NCBI GenBank assembly: GCA_963666485.2 | Contig: CAXXUO010000006.1 | Span: 32,001-96,000, forward strand | Length of the DNA: 64,000 bases | Origin: Syntrophorhabdaceae bacterium | GTDB lineage: Bacteria > Desulfobacterota > Syntrophorhabdia > Syntrophorhabdales > Syntrophorhabdaceae | Reading direction: 5' to 3' | In this document: in pieces, positions 10,930 through 21,279 of the stretch | Position numbering within the stretch: position 1 is the stretch's first letter | Layout: every line of letters begins with the position of its first letter | Notes under the pieces: model-generated | The model's input: only the letters and a program-made list of their open reading frames with translations | Databases searched by the model: none | What the model was told of the DNA's origin: nothing | Translations under genes and position numbers: made by a program

Positions 10930-12414
10930 ATGGGAGCATGGCCGAAGCACCCGCTTATCTATGAGATCAACGCCTGGGTCTGGCTTGACGAGCTCAGCAA
11001 GAAGGCCGGAGAGGCGCTTACCCTGGCCACGGTCCCTGACGACGAGTGGGACCGGATCGCCGCCACAGGTTTCAATGCGGTATGGCTCATGGGGGTCTGG
11101 GAGCGAAGCCCCATGGGTATTGGCATCTCGATGTCTAATGAGGGACTCCTTGCCGATTTCCGGAGGGCTTTACCCGATTTTACGCCCGCGGATAACGTAG
11201 GCTCACCCTACTGCGTCCGCAACTATGTCGTGGATGCCCATCTGGGAGGCGCCGAGGCTCTCGCCATTGTCCGGCAAAAGCTTTCCAAAAAGGGTATCCG
11301 CCTGCTTCTCGATCTTGTGCCCAATCACGTGGCACCCGATCACCCGTGGGCACTCGACCACCCTGAATACTTTATTCGCGGCAGCGAAGAGGACCTCAAC
11401 CGTGATCCGGGCTCCTTCATGAAAGTGGGCGGACAGGTCTTTGCCTGCGGCAAGGACCCTTATTTCCCTGCCTGGCCCGATGTCTTGCAGCTCAATGCCT
11501 TCGATGGGGACCTGCGGCGCGCCATGACCCGGACCGTTCAGGCTATTGCAGAACAGTGCGATGGTGTCCGCTGTGATATGGCGATGCTCCTCATAACCGG
11601 CGTTTTCGAGAGAACATGGGGAGAACGCGCAGGAGGGAGGCCGGGGACCGAATACTGGCGGGAGATCATCCCCGCCGTCAAGGAAAAATACCCGGAATTC
11701 CGTTTCATCGCCGAGGCATACTGGGACCTGGAGTGGGAACTCCAGCAGCAGGGGTTTGATTTTTGTTACGACAAACGGCTCTACGACCGGCTTGAGCACG
11801 ACCATGCAGAGACCATCCGGCTCCATTTATGTGCCGAAGATACCTTCCAGGAAAAGCTGGTCAGGTTCGTAGAGAACCACGACGAACCCCGTGCTGCCGC
11901 TGCGTTCCCGGGTCCGAAGAACCGGGCCGCGGCTCTCACGGCCCTCTCCATTCCCGGGGCGCGCCTCGTTCACGAGGGCCAGATGGAGGGCCGGCTGACC
12001 CGCCTGCCTGTCTTTCTGGGGCGCAGACCCGGGGAGGATCCCGATACGGAACTGATGTCTTTCTACGGTCAGCTGCTCAGGGAACTACAGACCGGCGATT
12101 ACTTTGACGGTACCTGGCGTCTTTGTGAAACCGGCGGTTGGCCTGACAACGCCAGTCACCTGAACCTGGTGGCCTGGTGCTGGAAGGGTCAAACCGACCG
12201 CTGCCTCATCGTGGTGAATCTCTCGGGCATGCATGTGCAAGGACTCGTGAGGGTTCCCTGGGATGATCTTAAAGGGAGGGCATGGCCGCTCAAAGATGTG
12301 TTTACCTCCGCTCTCTATGAGAGGAATGGTGATGAAATATACGGCCCGGGATTTTACATTGACCTTGCTCCCTGGGCCTTTCACTTTTTTGTGTGGGTGG
12401 AACGGCTATCTTGA
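10930..12414 (+). CDS. GH13 alpha-amylase-family glycosidase
   Basis: DLVPNH, DGVRCDMA, FIAEAYW, FVENHDE conserved regions. Confidence 0.9.
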   Translation: MGAWPKHPLIYEINAWVWLDELSKKAGEALTLATVPDDEWDRIAATGFNAVWLMGVWERSPMGIGISMSNEGLLADFRRALPDFTPADNVGSPYCVRNYVVDAHLGGAEALAIVRQKLSKKGIRLLLDLVPNHVAPDHPWALDHPEYFIRGSEEDLNRDPGSFMKVGGQVFACGKDPYFPAWPDVLQLNAFDGDLRRAMTRTVQAIAEQCDGVRCDMAMLLITGVFERTWGERAGGRPGTEYWREIIPAVKEKYPEFRFIAEAYWDLEWELQQQGFDFCYDKRLYDRLEHDHAETIRLHLCAEDTFQEKLVRFVENHDEPRAAAAFPGPKNRAAALTALSIPGARLVHEGQMEGRLTRLPVFLGRRPGEDPDTELMSFYGQLLRELQTGDYFDGTWRLCETGGWPDNASHLNLVAWCWKGQTDRCLIVVNLSGMHVQGLVRVPWDDLKGRAWPLKDVFTSALYERNGDEIYGPGFYIDLAPWAFHFFVWVERLS

Positions 12415-12449
12415 TCCGGAAGGTTGCCTGAAGGCACGGAGACAGGCTC

Positions 12450-13646
12450 TCAACCTTGCAACCCCTTAACTCCCTCTTCCCATTGTGCCATTATTCGCTC
12501 TCCGATCTCACGGAATTCCGGATGTTCCGATATGTAGCCGGGAATCGTTTCTTTTGTGCCCATGACAGCTTCGGCCGTCTTTGTAATTATATCGGACACC
12601 TTTTTCACGGGCAGAGAGAGATGGGCCACTGCGAACCGTTCGAGCACCTTTCGTGACCACCATCTTTTTGTCCCGTCAATTGTGAGAGCAGGTACGTCTT
12701 TGCGGATGTAGACAGTAGTTGTGACCACGTCATAGACGGGTGCCAGTTCCACGGTGTTCCGGGGAGCCGAATACAAAACGCCAAAGTTTTTCAGATGGGC
12801 ATCACCGTTTCGCACCATCACCGACAATACAAGTGCCGCAAAGAACTGTTCCCGCGACGGCATAAGCCGGTCGCTGGAGACAAAGTCAGTGATGCTCTTT
12901 GCGACCCTTTCATAACTGCTGGAATATTTCCTGGATGTCCCGAGGGCCTGAAGGCTGCACATGTCTTCGAAGCCGATCGGGGTGCCATCCTGAGCAATGT
13001 CAAATCGGCGCATGATGAACAGGCCGCCGTTATCGGAGAGAAAGAACTCCGGGGTTGACAGCCCGGCCCGTTTTGCAGCCGACATGCAGAAATATTCGTT
13101 CGCGGCGAGGAAGGGATAATCTGTTCCCCATGATTTGACGATGTAACCCGAGGACGTTACAGCACCGCGATCCGAGGCGTCGAGCAGGACCTTTGGCTGG
13201 ATTCCCGATACCCCTGAACGAAGGGCGTGCCGGGCAACCAGTTCGTTGAAGAGTTCCCTGGTATCGGGATAGGTAAGTAATTCCTCCAGGGATTCGGGTG
13301 TTTCCTCAATACAGGGGGATCCATCGCCCGGAAGTGAAAAGCGGTTCCTTCCCACCTGGTTGCCCCCCGTCACGCGCAGAATGGAGAGGTCATCCTCACC
13401 CACCACCTTGGCGATGGCACGTCGGATGGCCTCCAATAGCGCACCTTCCGGAAGGTTCATCTGGAATATGGGGTGGAGTTCACGGTTCACCCAGCTTGCC
13501 AGCCTCACAGGCATAGTCAGGGAAACCTGCGACTCCGGGTCCGCATCAGGGTGGTAGGCAAACACGTATTCTCCCGGTGATTCGCGGCCGAGAAGGCCCG
13601 CGCGTCTGCTTCCGGCCCACACGGCAAGGGAAGGTACGTTCGGCAT
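12450..13646 (-). CDS. hipA: HipA-family kinase toxin
   Basis: N-terminal SLTMP/FQMNLPEG domain, SGIQPK P-loop, DAHLKNF, LAPVYD. Confidence 0.92.
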   Translation of the reverse strand: MPNVPSLAVWAGSRRAGLLGRESPGEYVFAYHPDADPESQVSLTMPVRLASWVNRELHPIFQMNLPEGALLEAIRRAIAKVVGEDDLSILRVTGGNQVGRNRFSLPGDGSPCIEETPESLEELLTYPDTRELFNELVARHALRSGVSGIQPKVLLDASDRGAVTSSGYIVKSWGTDYPFLAANEYFCMSAAKRAGLSTPEFFLSDNGGLFIMRRFDIAQDGTPIGFEDMCSLQALGTSRKYSSSYERVAKSITDFVSSDRLMPSREQFFAALVLSVMVRNGDAHLKNFGVLYSAPRNTVELAPVYDVVTTTVYIRKDVPALTIDGTKRWWSRKVLERFAVAHLSLPVKKVSDIITKTAEAVMGTKETIPGYISEHPEFREIGERIMAQWEEGVKGLQG

Positions 13647-13891
13647 CAGCCACCCTCCTCTTCGCGGAGTTCTTCAAGGGTTGGAGGTGCACCCGACGGC
13701 CGGACCCGTAATTCCAGGTGCAGAAATTCCAGCAGCCGGATCAGCTTTCTCACTCCGATATCTTGAACGCTACCGTTCTCGATCTGCCCGATGGTAGTCC
13801 GGCTCATCCCTAAGGCCTTTGCCACCTGTTCCTGGGAAAGCTTGCGTCTCTTTCGCGCCTGACGAATCTCTTTACCGATGGAAAACAGCAT
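13646..13891 (-). CDS. hipB: XRE/HTH antitoxin (HipB-like)
   Basis: IRQARKRRKLSQEQVAKALGMSRTTIGQIENG; its stop codon overlaps the hipA start. Confidence 0.88.
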   Translation of the reverse strand: MLFSIGKEIRQARKRRKLSQEQVAKALGMSRTTIGQIENGSVQDIGVRKLIRLLEFLHLELRVRPSGAPPTLEELREEEGG

Positions 13892-14140
13892 ATATGAGTT
13901 ATATACGATGCATTTGTCTTAGTCAAGAATATTATGCATTATATCCAATGCTTTAATGCATGTTTTTCAGAGCATCGAATGGTGAGATTGTCTTCCGATA
14001 ACAAGAAGCATAACCCTCCGATTATGGAAATGGCAAACTCATCGCAAGATGAAGAGATTGCCCTATGATTTTCGGCGGGAAACTAAGGAGAACATGTTCC
14101 ATCAGGTATTTCCTGGGGGTATGTGCGGCGTGCAATTGGT

Positions 14141-14169
14141 TTGCTTTGAGGGTTGATGTCTTGTATAAT
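14141..14169 (+). promoter_or_regulatory. Sigma70 promoter of the SRP RNA
   Basis: TTGCTT-17 nt-TATAAT, ending about 7 nt before the RNA 5' end. Confidence 0.7.
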
Positions 14170-14176
14170 ATTTGCT

Positions 14177-14270
14177 GCCAGGCCCTGCGCAACGTGGAGG
14201 TTATGAACCCCGTCAGGTCCGGAAGGAAGCAGCGGTAATAGCTCAGCCGTGTGCCGCAGGTAGCCTGGCT
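14177..14270 (+). ncRNA. ffs: Signal recognition particle RNA (4.5S, small type)
   Basis: TCAGGTCCGGAAGGAAGCAGC domain IV motif; closing helix GCCAGG/CCTGGC followed by a T-run; located upstream of dnaX. Confidence 0.95.
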
Positions 14271-14312
14271 TTTTTGATCGAGCATTATGATCCTCCCAAG
14301 AGGCACTGCTAT

Positions 14313-15864
14313 TTGAGTTACACAGTTATCGCACGACGGTTCAGGCCGCAGAGATTCGACGATGTCGTCGGGCAGCCGCATATCATCACCACGCTGAAAA
14401 ATTCGATCAAGGCCGGCAGGATAGCCCACGCGTTCCTTTTCACGGGACCGCGGGGCGTCGGCAAGACCTCGCTTGCCCGCATCTTTGCGAAGGCGGTCAA
14501 CTGCATAAACGGGCCGACCGACGAGCCGTGCAATGTCTGCGAGAACTGTGTCGGCATAGCGGGCGGCAGCTTCGTCGATGTCATCGAGATCGATGCGGCG
14601 TCAACGCGCGGGATCGACGATATCAAGGAGCTTCGCGAGACAGTCCGTTACCTTCCCATGAAGGCGAAGTACAAGGTATATATCCTTGACGAGGCGCACA
14701 TGCTGACGGACCAGGCCCGCAACGCGTTCCTGAAGACCCTTGAGGAGCCGCCGGGGCACAACATATTCATCCTCGCCACGACGGAATCGCAAAAGATCCC
14801 CTACACGATCATGTCCCGCTGCCAGCGATTTGACTTCAGGCGCATCACCGAGCGTGAGATCGTTATGCAGCTCGAGGCCATTTGCGCAAAAGACGGTATC
14901 ACGTTCGATCCGGGAGCTTTCCACCATGTCGCTATCGAGGCTGACGGCTCCATGCGGGACGCCGAATCGGTCCTCGAGCAGATCATCGCGTACAGCGGGA
15001 AGCACATATCTGAAAGCGACGTGATAAACATCATCGGTATCGTGGAGAAGAACGTCATATCCGGCATCGTGAGGTCGATCATCGGGAAGGACCTTGCAGG
15101 AGGCCTCAACGCCATCGAATCGACGCTGAGCGAGGGATACGACGTGGGCCAGATCTACCGGGGGCTCGTCTCGTACCTCAGGAATATGATGATCGTGAAG
15201 GCCTGCGGCGGCGTACCGGATTTTATATCGATGGGTGAAGAGGAAGCGGCCGAGGTCGGCAGGCTCCTTCAGGAGGTCGAGTACTACGAGGTGCAGAACA
15301 TGCTGTATTATATGCTGCGCAGCGAAGACCTCATGCGCGGCCTGTTCCCGAGGATCGCACTGGAGACCCTCTATATCAATCTCTACAACCTGTCACAGTT
15401 AAAGGATGTTGACAGGGTCATTGCCGAACTCGACAGGGCAGTCCCCGTTCCTCAGGTGCAGCGCCCCGTCCCCGCTGCCGCGCGGGACGAAGCCGCCCCG
15501 AGACCGTCATCGGGCAAGAGGCCTGGCGATGGCACGGAGCACGCTGCAGCCCCGGGCGATGCGCCCCGGACCGGGCGCCCGGCCGAAGATGTCCATGGGT
15601 TTGTCGAGTTCCTGAAGAAGAAGAAACCATTCCTCGGAAGCATGTTCGATTCGTGCGAATGCCTGTTGGAAGGCCAGGAACTCGTCGTTCTTATCGATAA
15701 AAAGTACAGCAATTTTATAAAAAGTGAGTATGAAGAGATAAAGAACCTGGCAGGGCCAGTTTTTTGGCCGGGCCATGAATTTGGAGTTCAGAGATGCCTC
15801 GGACAAGAAGAGGAACATCCTCGAAGAATATGTGAAAGAAGCTGAATCTCTCTTCAACCTTTAA
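14313..15864 (+). CDS. dnaX: DNA polymerase III gamma/tau. The zero frame stops at 15845; the likely true C-terminus is in the +1 frame and ends at 15864
   Basis: TTG start SYTVIARRFRPQ, GPRGVGKT, zinc Cys motif, DEAHML, SRCQRF; synteny with ybaB-recR. Confidence 0.93.
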
Positions 15865-15875
15865 GAGGAGGAAGT

Positions 15876-16190
15876 ATGGCAAAAGGTTTTAACCAGATAC
15901 TGCAGCAGGCAAAGAAGATGCAGGACCGCCTTGTGAAGCTCCAGGAGGAGATGGGCGATAAAACGGTCGAGGCCCAGTCCGGCGGCGGAATGGTCACGTG
16001 CGTTGTCAACGGCAGGCAGGAACTGGTATCGCTCAAGATCTCACCCGAGGTCCTCGAAGAAAAAGACAACGAGCTTCTCGAAGACCTCATCGTAGCGGCC
16101 ATTAACGAGGGCCTCAATCGTTCCCGTGAAATGGTCCAGGAGGAAATGTCGAAGGTGACCGGCGGCATGCAGATGCCGTTTGGAATGTAG
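15876..16190 (+). CDS. ybaB: YbaB/EbfC nucleoid-associated protein
   Basis: QAKKMQ..SGGGMV..LEDLIVAAINE; lies between dnaX and recR. Confidence 0.95.
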   Translation: MAKGFNQILQQAKKMQDRLVKLQEEMGDKTVEAQSGGGMVTCVVNGRQELVSLKISPEVLEEKDNELLEDLIVAAINEGLNRSREMVQEEMSKVTGGMQMPFGM

Positions 16191-16195
16191 GTACC

Positions 16196-16792
16196 GTGTT
16201 CTACCCCGAACCGATAGAACGTCTCATCGATAACCTGACCCGGCTTCCCGGCATCGGGAGAAAGACAGCAACAAGGCTTGCCTTTTATCTTCTCAATGCA
16301 CGCGAGGGATATATAACGGACCTTTCGCGGAGCCTTATCGACATCAAGGAAAAGATACGGCTGTGCAGCGTCTGCTTCAACATAACCGATACCGACCCCT
16401 GCGTTATCTGCAGGGATGAAAGGCGCGACAAAACATCCGTGTGTGTGGTGGAAGAATCCTCCCACATGATGGTCATCGAATCGTCAAACCCCGGGCAGCT
16501 GCGCTACCACATCCTTCACGGCGTGATAAACCCCCTCGAAGGGGTCGGCCCCGACGACATAAGGATCAACGAACTTCGTGACAGGATCGTCAACGAGGGC
16601 ATCACCGAGGTTATCGTCGCGACCAACCCGAACATCGAGGGCAACACGACCGCCCATTACATCGCTGAGATCCTGAAGCCTTTCGACGTCAGGATCACCC
16701 GCATAGCCTCCGGCATCCCCGTCGGCGGCGACATCGTCTACATAGATCCGCTCACGATCAAGAGTTCGCTGGACAATAGAAAGAAACTGTAA
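16196..16792 (+). CDS. recR: Recombination mediator RecR
   Basis: LPGIGRKTATRLA, C4 zinc finger, Toprim ATNPNIEG, RIASGIPVGG. Confidence 0.96.
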   Translation: MFYPEPIERLIDNLTRLPGIGRKTATRLAFYLLNAREGYITDLSRSLIDIKEKIRLCSVCFNITDTDPCVICRDERRDKTSVCVVEESSHMMVIESSNPGQLRYHILHGVINPLEGVGPDDIRINELRDRIVNEGITEVIVATNPNIEGNTTAHYIAEILKPFDVRITRIASGIPVGGDIVYIDPLTIKSSLDNRKKL

Positions 16793-16793
16793 A

Positions 16794-16941
16794 AATAAGG
16801 CTATAGGCAATGGGCAATAGGCGATAGGGAAGGCGTCCCCCGAAATCATGGTCCCTGACCTCATCATAATCTTCTGTAAGTCCAGACAAATATCTCAGCC
16901 AATTGCCCATCGCCCATCGCCCATCGCCCCATCTTCTTATT
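16794..16941. repeat. Heptamer runs in inverted orientation (GGCAATG/GGCGATA-type ... GCCCATC x4)
   Basis: G-rich 7-mers just after the recR stop; complementary C-rich 7-mers at ~16900-16933. Confidence 0.75.
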
Positions 16942-17005
16942 GAATTCCCCCCCAAAAATGTTGTTAACTATTGCGCTGCAGATATTGACAGGAGGATCGA
17001 AGAAC

Positions 17006-18799
17006 ATGAACAGCGCGAACACACAACACACACAACTTCTCCAATGGGTCGACGAGATGGCGCGCATGTGCAAACCTGACAGCGTTTACTGGTGCGACGG
17101 TTCAAAAGAAGAGTATGACCGCCTCATGGCAGGCATGGTGGAAAGCGGTTCCGCCACGCCGCTGAAGAAGCGGCCGAACAGCTTTCTCTTCCGTTCACAG
17201 CCGTCGGACGTTGCACGCGTCGAGGACCGTACGTACATCTCCACGGACGACCGGGACGAGGCAGGCCCGACGAACAACTGGGTCGAACCGAAAGAATTGA
17301 AGACGCTTATGCGCGGCCTGTATGACGGGTGCATGACGGGGAGGACCATGTATGTCATCCCGTTCTCCATGGGGCCCATCGGGTCGCCCATCGCAAAGAT
17401 CGGCATCGAGATAACGGACAGCCCGTACGTCGTCTGCAACATGCACGTCATGACACGGGTCGGCACGAAGGTGATCGAACAGCTGGGAACGGACGGCGAA
17501 TTCATCCCGTGCCTCCATTCGCTGGGCGCGCCCTTGGCACCGGGAGAAAAGGACGTATCCTGGCCGTGCGCGCCGATGGAAAAGAAATATATCAGCCATT
17601 TTCCCGCCGAGAACCTTATCTGGTCGTACGGCTCGGGTTACGGCGGAAACGCCCTTCTCGGCAAGAAGTGCCTTGCGCTGAGGATCGCCTCCGCCATGGC
17701 GCGCCGTGAAGGCTGGATGGCGGAGCACATGCTTATCCTGCGGCTGACGAACCCTGAGGGACGGCAGTACCATATTGCCGCCGCATTCCCCTCGGCATCG
17801 GGCAAGACGAACCTCGCCATGATATACCCGACCATCCCCGGCTGGAAGGCCGAGTGTATCGGGGACGATATATCGTGGATGAAGATACGGCCGGACGGAA
17901 GGCTGCACGCGATCAACCCGGAGGCGGGCTTCTTCGGCGTGGCGCCCGGGACCTCGTATTCATCCAACCCGGCGGCCATGGATACTATCAAGGAGAACTG
18001 CATATTCACGAACTGCGGCCTCACCGACGACGGCGACATATGGTGGGAAGGCATGACAAAGGAGCCCCCGGCACATACGATCGACTGGAAGGGGCACGAC
18101 TGGACCCCGGATTCGACGGAACCGACGGCCCACGCCAACGCGCGTTTCACGGCGCCGGCAAACCAGTGCCCGATCATCAGCCCCGACTGGGAGAAACTCG
18201 AAGGAGTGCCGATAGATATTTTTATATTTGGCGGCCGCCGGGCGTCGGTGGTCCCGCTGGTCCACGAGGCGTTCGACTGGGAACACGGGGTTTTCATGGG
18301 TGCGACCGCCTCATCCGAGACGACCGCCGCGAACATCGGCGCGATCGGGAACGTCAGGCGCGACCCCTTTGCCATGAAGCCTTTCTGCGGGTATCACATG
18401 GGGGATTATTTCGCCCACTGGCTCGCGATGGGCAAACGCCTCGGCGAGAAAGCACCGCGCATTTTCTACACGAACTGGTTCCGGAAAACCGAGGACGGCA
18501 GGTGGCTCTGGCCGGGATTCGGGGAGAACAGCCGGGTCTTGAAATGGATGTGCGAGCGCGTTGACGGCAAGGCGAATGCTCAGAAAACCGCGATAGGCTA
18601 TATGCCGTCGGTCGAGGACCTCGACCTCACCGGGCTCGATGTTCCGGTGGAAGACGTAAAAGAACTGCTGCGCGTCGATGCGGCAGGGTGGAAAGAAGAA
18701 GCGAAAGACATGCAGGACCATTTCGCCCAATTTGGTGAACGGCTGCCCGAAGCCCTTGCGGCTCAGCTTCAGGGCCTCATAAAGAGACTCGAAGACTAA
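17006..18799 (+). CDS. pckG: Phosphoenolpyruvate carboxykinase (GTP)
   Basis: [61 protein letters not shown]. Confidence 0.96.
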   Translation: MNSANTQHTQLLQWVDEMARMCKPDSVYWCDGSKEEYDRLMAGMVESGSATPLKKRPNSFLFRSQPSDVARVEDRTYISTDDRDEAGPTNNWVEPKELKTLMRGLYDGCMTGRTMYVIPFSMGPIGSPIAKIGIEITDSPYVVCNMHVMTRVGTKVIEQLGTDGEFIPCLHSLGAPLAPGEKDVSWPCAPMEKKYISHFPAENLIWSYGSGYGGNALLGKKCLALRIASAMARREGWMAEHMLILRLTNPEGRQYHIAAAFPSASGKTNLAMIYPTIPGWKAECIGDDISWMKIRPDGRLHAINPEAGFFGVAPGTSYSSNPAAMDTIKENCIFTNCGLTDDGDIWWEGMTKEPPAHTIDWKGHDWTPDSTEPTAHANARFTAPANQCPIISPDWEKLEGVPIDIFIFGGRRASVVPLVHEAFDWEHGVFMGATASSETTAANIGAIGNVRRDPFAMKPFCGYHMGDYFAHWLAMGKRLGEKAPRIFYTNWFRKTEDGRWLWPGFGENSRVLKWMCERVDGKANAQKTAIGYMPSVEDLDLTGLDVPVEDVKELLRVDAAGWKEEAKDMQDHFAQFGERLPEALAAQLQGLIKRLED

Positions 18800-18824
18800 G
18801 GGCCCGAAAGGATCGATATCACGC

Positions 18825-18878
18825 CCGGCAGGGGACGTACCGGTCAGCAAGGCCGGTACGTCCCTCTCGCCGGTTTTT
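18825..18878 (+). terminator. Intrinsic terminator after pckG
   Basis: GGGACGTACCGG-loop-CCGGTACGTCCC stem, extended by CCGGC/GCCGG, then TTTTT. Confidence 0.7.
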
Positions 18879-18930
18879 ATTGGCCGTGAATTACCTTGTG
18901 TTTTCGCCGTTTTTTTGGAATAGTAGAGAC

Positions 18931-19581
18931 ATGGCGCGAGATCTCAGGCTCATCTTTCCCCTCCCCCTGTTCATGATGGTTTTTTGTGCGGCATGGCCAT
19001 GCATTGCCTTTGCCAGCCCGCCAAAAGAGCCGCATACGGCAGCATCATGTGTCGAGAACGTGCGTATTGCCAGGGCAGCGAGCCCGTTCAAGGAGTGGGA
19101 TTCACGAATGGCCGGCTCGCAGGCATGGTCGGTCAGGGCCGTGGACCTGAAAGGCGGAGATTACGAGGCGGTTCCCTCACTCGCCCGGTATGCGGTATCG
19201 GGACAGATGCTTATGGGGATGGACCGGAAAACACGTGAGCCCGTCGTGTCGTCGCACTACTTTTCGACCCTTTCACGTGGCGACGCCACCCGGATTGAGC
19301 CGGGGCAGAAAAAGGAGATCGGGACATTCCTCGGCGCATCGTCGGGCAAGCCCCCGTTTCGCGATGTTGTCCTTTTCCTCCTCGAATCGCAGGTCATAAC
19401 CACGTACTGGCACGTCGAGTCGATACTCTGCCTGGTATCGGAGGATGATTCGACGGACCGTTACAAGGCACATTTCACGGGCAAACATATCTACTACACC
19501 AACCGGTACAATGAAGAAAAACTCGATTTTTTCCTGATCATCGAAAAGTCCTCCGGCCGCATGTTCCTCACAGGCGGGTAA
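18931..19581 (+). CDS. Hypothetical exported protein
   Basis: Signal-peptide-like N-terminus; the ORF fills the gap before the nitroreductase. Confidence 0.6.
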   Translation: MARDLRLIFPLPLFMMVFCAAWPCIAFASPPKEPHTAASCVENVRIARAASPFKEWDSRMAGSQAWSVRAVDLKGGDYEAVPSLARYAVSGQMLMGMDRKTREPVVSSHYFSTLSRGDATRIEPGQKKEIGTFLGASSGKPPFRDVVLFLLESQVITTYWHVESILCLVSEDDSTDRYKAHFTGKHIYYTNRYNEEKLDFFLIIEKSSGRMFLTGG

Positions 19582-19611
19582 GGCATACAGGGCGGAGGCC
19601 GAACCCGACAC

Positions 19612-20493
19612 ATGAAAAATGAACCCGTGATACAAATAGACAGTACGGCCTGCATGAAAGACGGCCTGTGTGCCCGAATATGTCCGAAGGTCTTTACGCA
19701 GGAGGGAGAGGGCGCCGTCCCGGTCGCGTCACGCCCGGAGTTCTGCAACGGATGCGGTCATTGCCTGCTTATCTGCCCGGCGGACGCCATAACCGTCGAC
19801 ACTATTCATCCGTCCCGTGTCCGACGTATGCCGAAAGACCCTGTGCCCAAGTTTTCACAGCTGGAAGCGATGTTAAAGACCCGCAGGTCGATCCGCAATT
19901 TCTCCGATCAGCCGGTTGAGAAAGAACTCATCGAAAAGGTAATTGATTGCGCACGGTTTGCACCGAGTGCAAAGAACACGCAGAGCACACACTACACCGT
20001 TGTCCGGGACCCCGATGTGTTGCAGCGGGTCGCGTCGATGACTGCCGAATGGCTCGGACGATCGGCTGCAAAGCTCAGAAACCCGATCGTACGGAAAATG
20101 TATATCCTACGCGGATTGACCACGAGCGAGGAATTTGAGCGGTGGGTGGGACAGTTCGAGTTGACGGCCCGCAATATGAAGAACGGCTTAAACACGATCC
20201 TTTACAATGCCCCCGTCCTGATCCTGTTTCATGCGGGTAAAAATGTTCGTTTCGCAGAGGCAAATGCCAATCTTGCCCAGCATAACGCCACCCTTGCCGC
20301 ATGCGGCCTCGGGCTCGGCAGTTTCTATACCGGATATGTCGTTACCGCCTGCAGGCATTCGAGGGAAATAAGCGACCTCCTTCACGTCCCGCGCGGCCAT
20401 ACCGTTTTTGCGGGGATGGCCCTCGGCCACGTCCGCATCGGTTTTTCGCGCTGGATCGAACGGGACCCTGCGCGGGTAGAATGGATAGAATAA
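19612..20493 (+). CDS. Nitroreductase with N-terminal 4Fe-4S ferredoxin domain
   Basis: CMKDGLCARICP and CNGCGHCLLICP; RRSIRNF, APSAKN. Confidence 0.9.
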   Translation: MKNEPVIQIDSTACMKDGLCARICPKVFTQEGEGAVPVASRPEFCNGCGHCLLICPADAITVDTIHPSRVRRMPKDPVPKFSQLEAMLKTRRSIRNFSDQPVEKELIEKVIDCARFAPSAKNTQSTHYTVVRDPDVLQRVASMTAEWLGRSAAKLRNPIVRKMYILRGLTTSEEFERWVGQFELTARNMKNGLNTILYNAPVLILFHAGKNVRFAEANANLAQHNATLAACGLGLGSFYTGYVVTACRHSREISDLLHVPRGHTVFAGMALGHVRIGFSRWIERDPARVEWIE

Positions 20494-20576
20494 AGAAGGT
20501 AATAGATTATAGATAATGGGTAATGGGTTAGAGGTGGTGGGTTTCGGTTTTGGCCAATTACATAAGGGAACGGGGA

Positions 20577-21269
20577 ATGAAAGAGAATAGAGATCCATTG
20601 GTAATTCTTGATGCAATCGAGAAAGGCAGTATGACGGAGCTGGCGGCGCTCATTGCTTCGGGCGCCGATGTGAACGCCGCGGACGACACCGGGTGGACAG
20701 CGCTTATGATGGCGTCCCAGGCAGGGCGTGCCGACATGGTCCGTGCCCTCATCGCCGCCGGTGCGAACGTCAACGCGGCCGACGAGCTCGGTGTAACGGT
20801 GCTGATGGCGGCAGCGTCGGGCGGATTCATGGAAATAGTGGAGGCGCTTTTAGCGGCGGGAGCTGATATTCATGCGCGGGACCACAGGGGAACGACGGCC
20901 CTGATGTGGGCATCGACAGAAGGGCACGGTGATGTCGTGCAGGCCCTCCTCGATGCCGGGGCGGATGTCAATGCGCGGGGCGAGAGCGGGTACACGGCAC
21001 TCATGGACGCGTCCGGGAAGGGCCATGCGGATGTCGTCCGCATGCTGATCGAGGCGTTCGCAGACGTGGATGCCTATGACAAGAACCATCTGACGGCCCT
21101 CATGCTTGCTGCCATGATGGGCCATGCGGATGTCGTGAGGGTCCTCGTGCTTGCCGGGGCAGATGTGAACATGAAGGGGGAGGGGGGCTATACGCCGCTT
21201 ATGGACGCCCTGGGACGGGGCCGGACCGATATAGCGGACATTCTCAGAGAGGCCGGGGCTGCGGAATAA
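20577..21269 (+). CDS. Ankyrin-repeat protein
   Basis: About 6 GxTALMxA...GADVNA repeats. Confidence 0.95.
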   Translation: MKENRDPLVILDAIEKGSMTELAALIASGADVNAADDTGWTALMMASQAGRADMVRALIAAGANVNAADELGVTVLMAAASGGFMEIVEALLAAGADIHARDHRGTTALMWASTEGHGDVVQALLDAGADVNARGESGYTALMDASGKGHADVVRMLIEAFADVDAYDKNHLTALMLAAMMGHADVVRVLVLAGADVNMKGEGGYTPLMDALGRGRTDIADILREAGAAE

Positions 21270-21279
21270 AAGAAGGTAT

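Noticed and set aside
14172..14312. N-terminal extension of the dnaX ORF
   Set aside because: It overlaps the SRP RNA; the conserved DnaX start is at TTG 14313.
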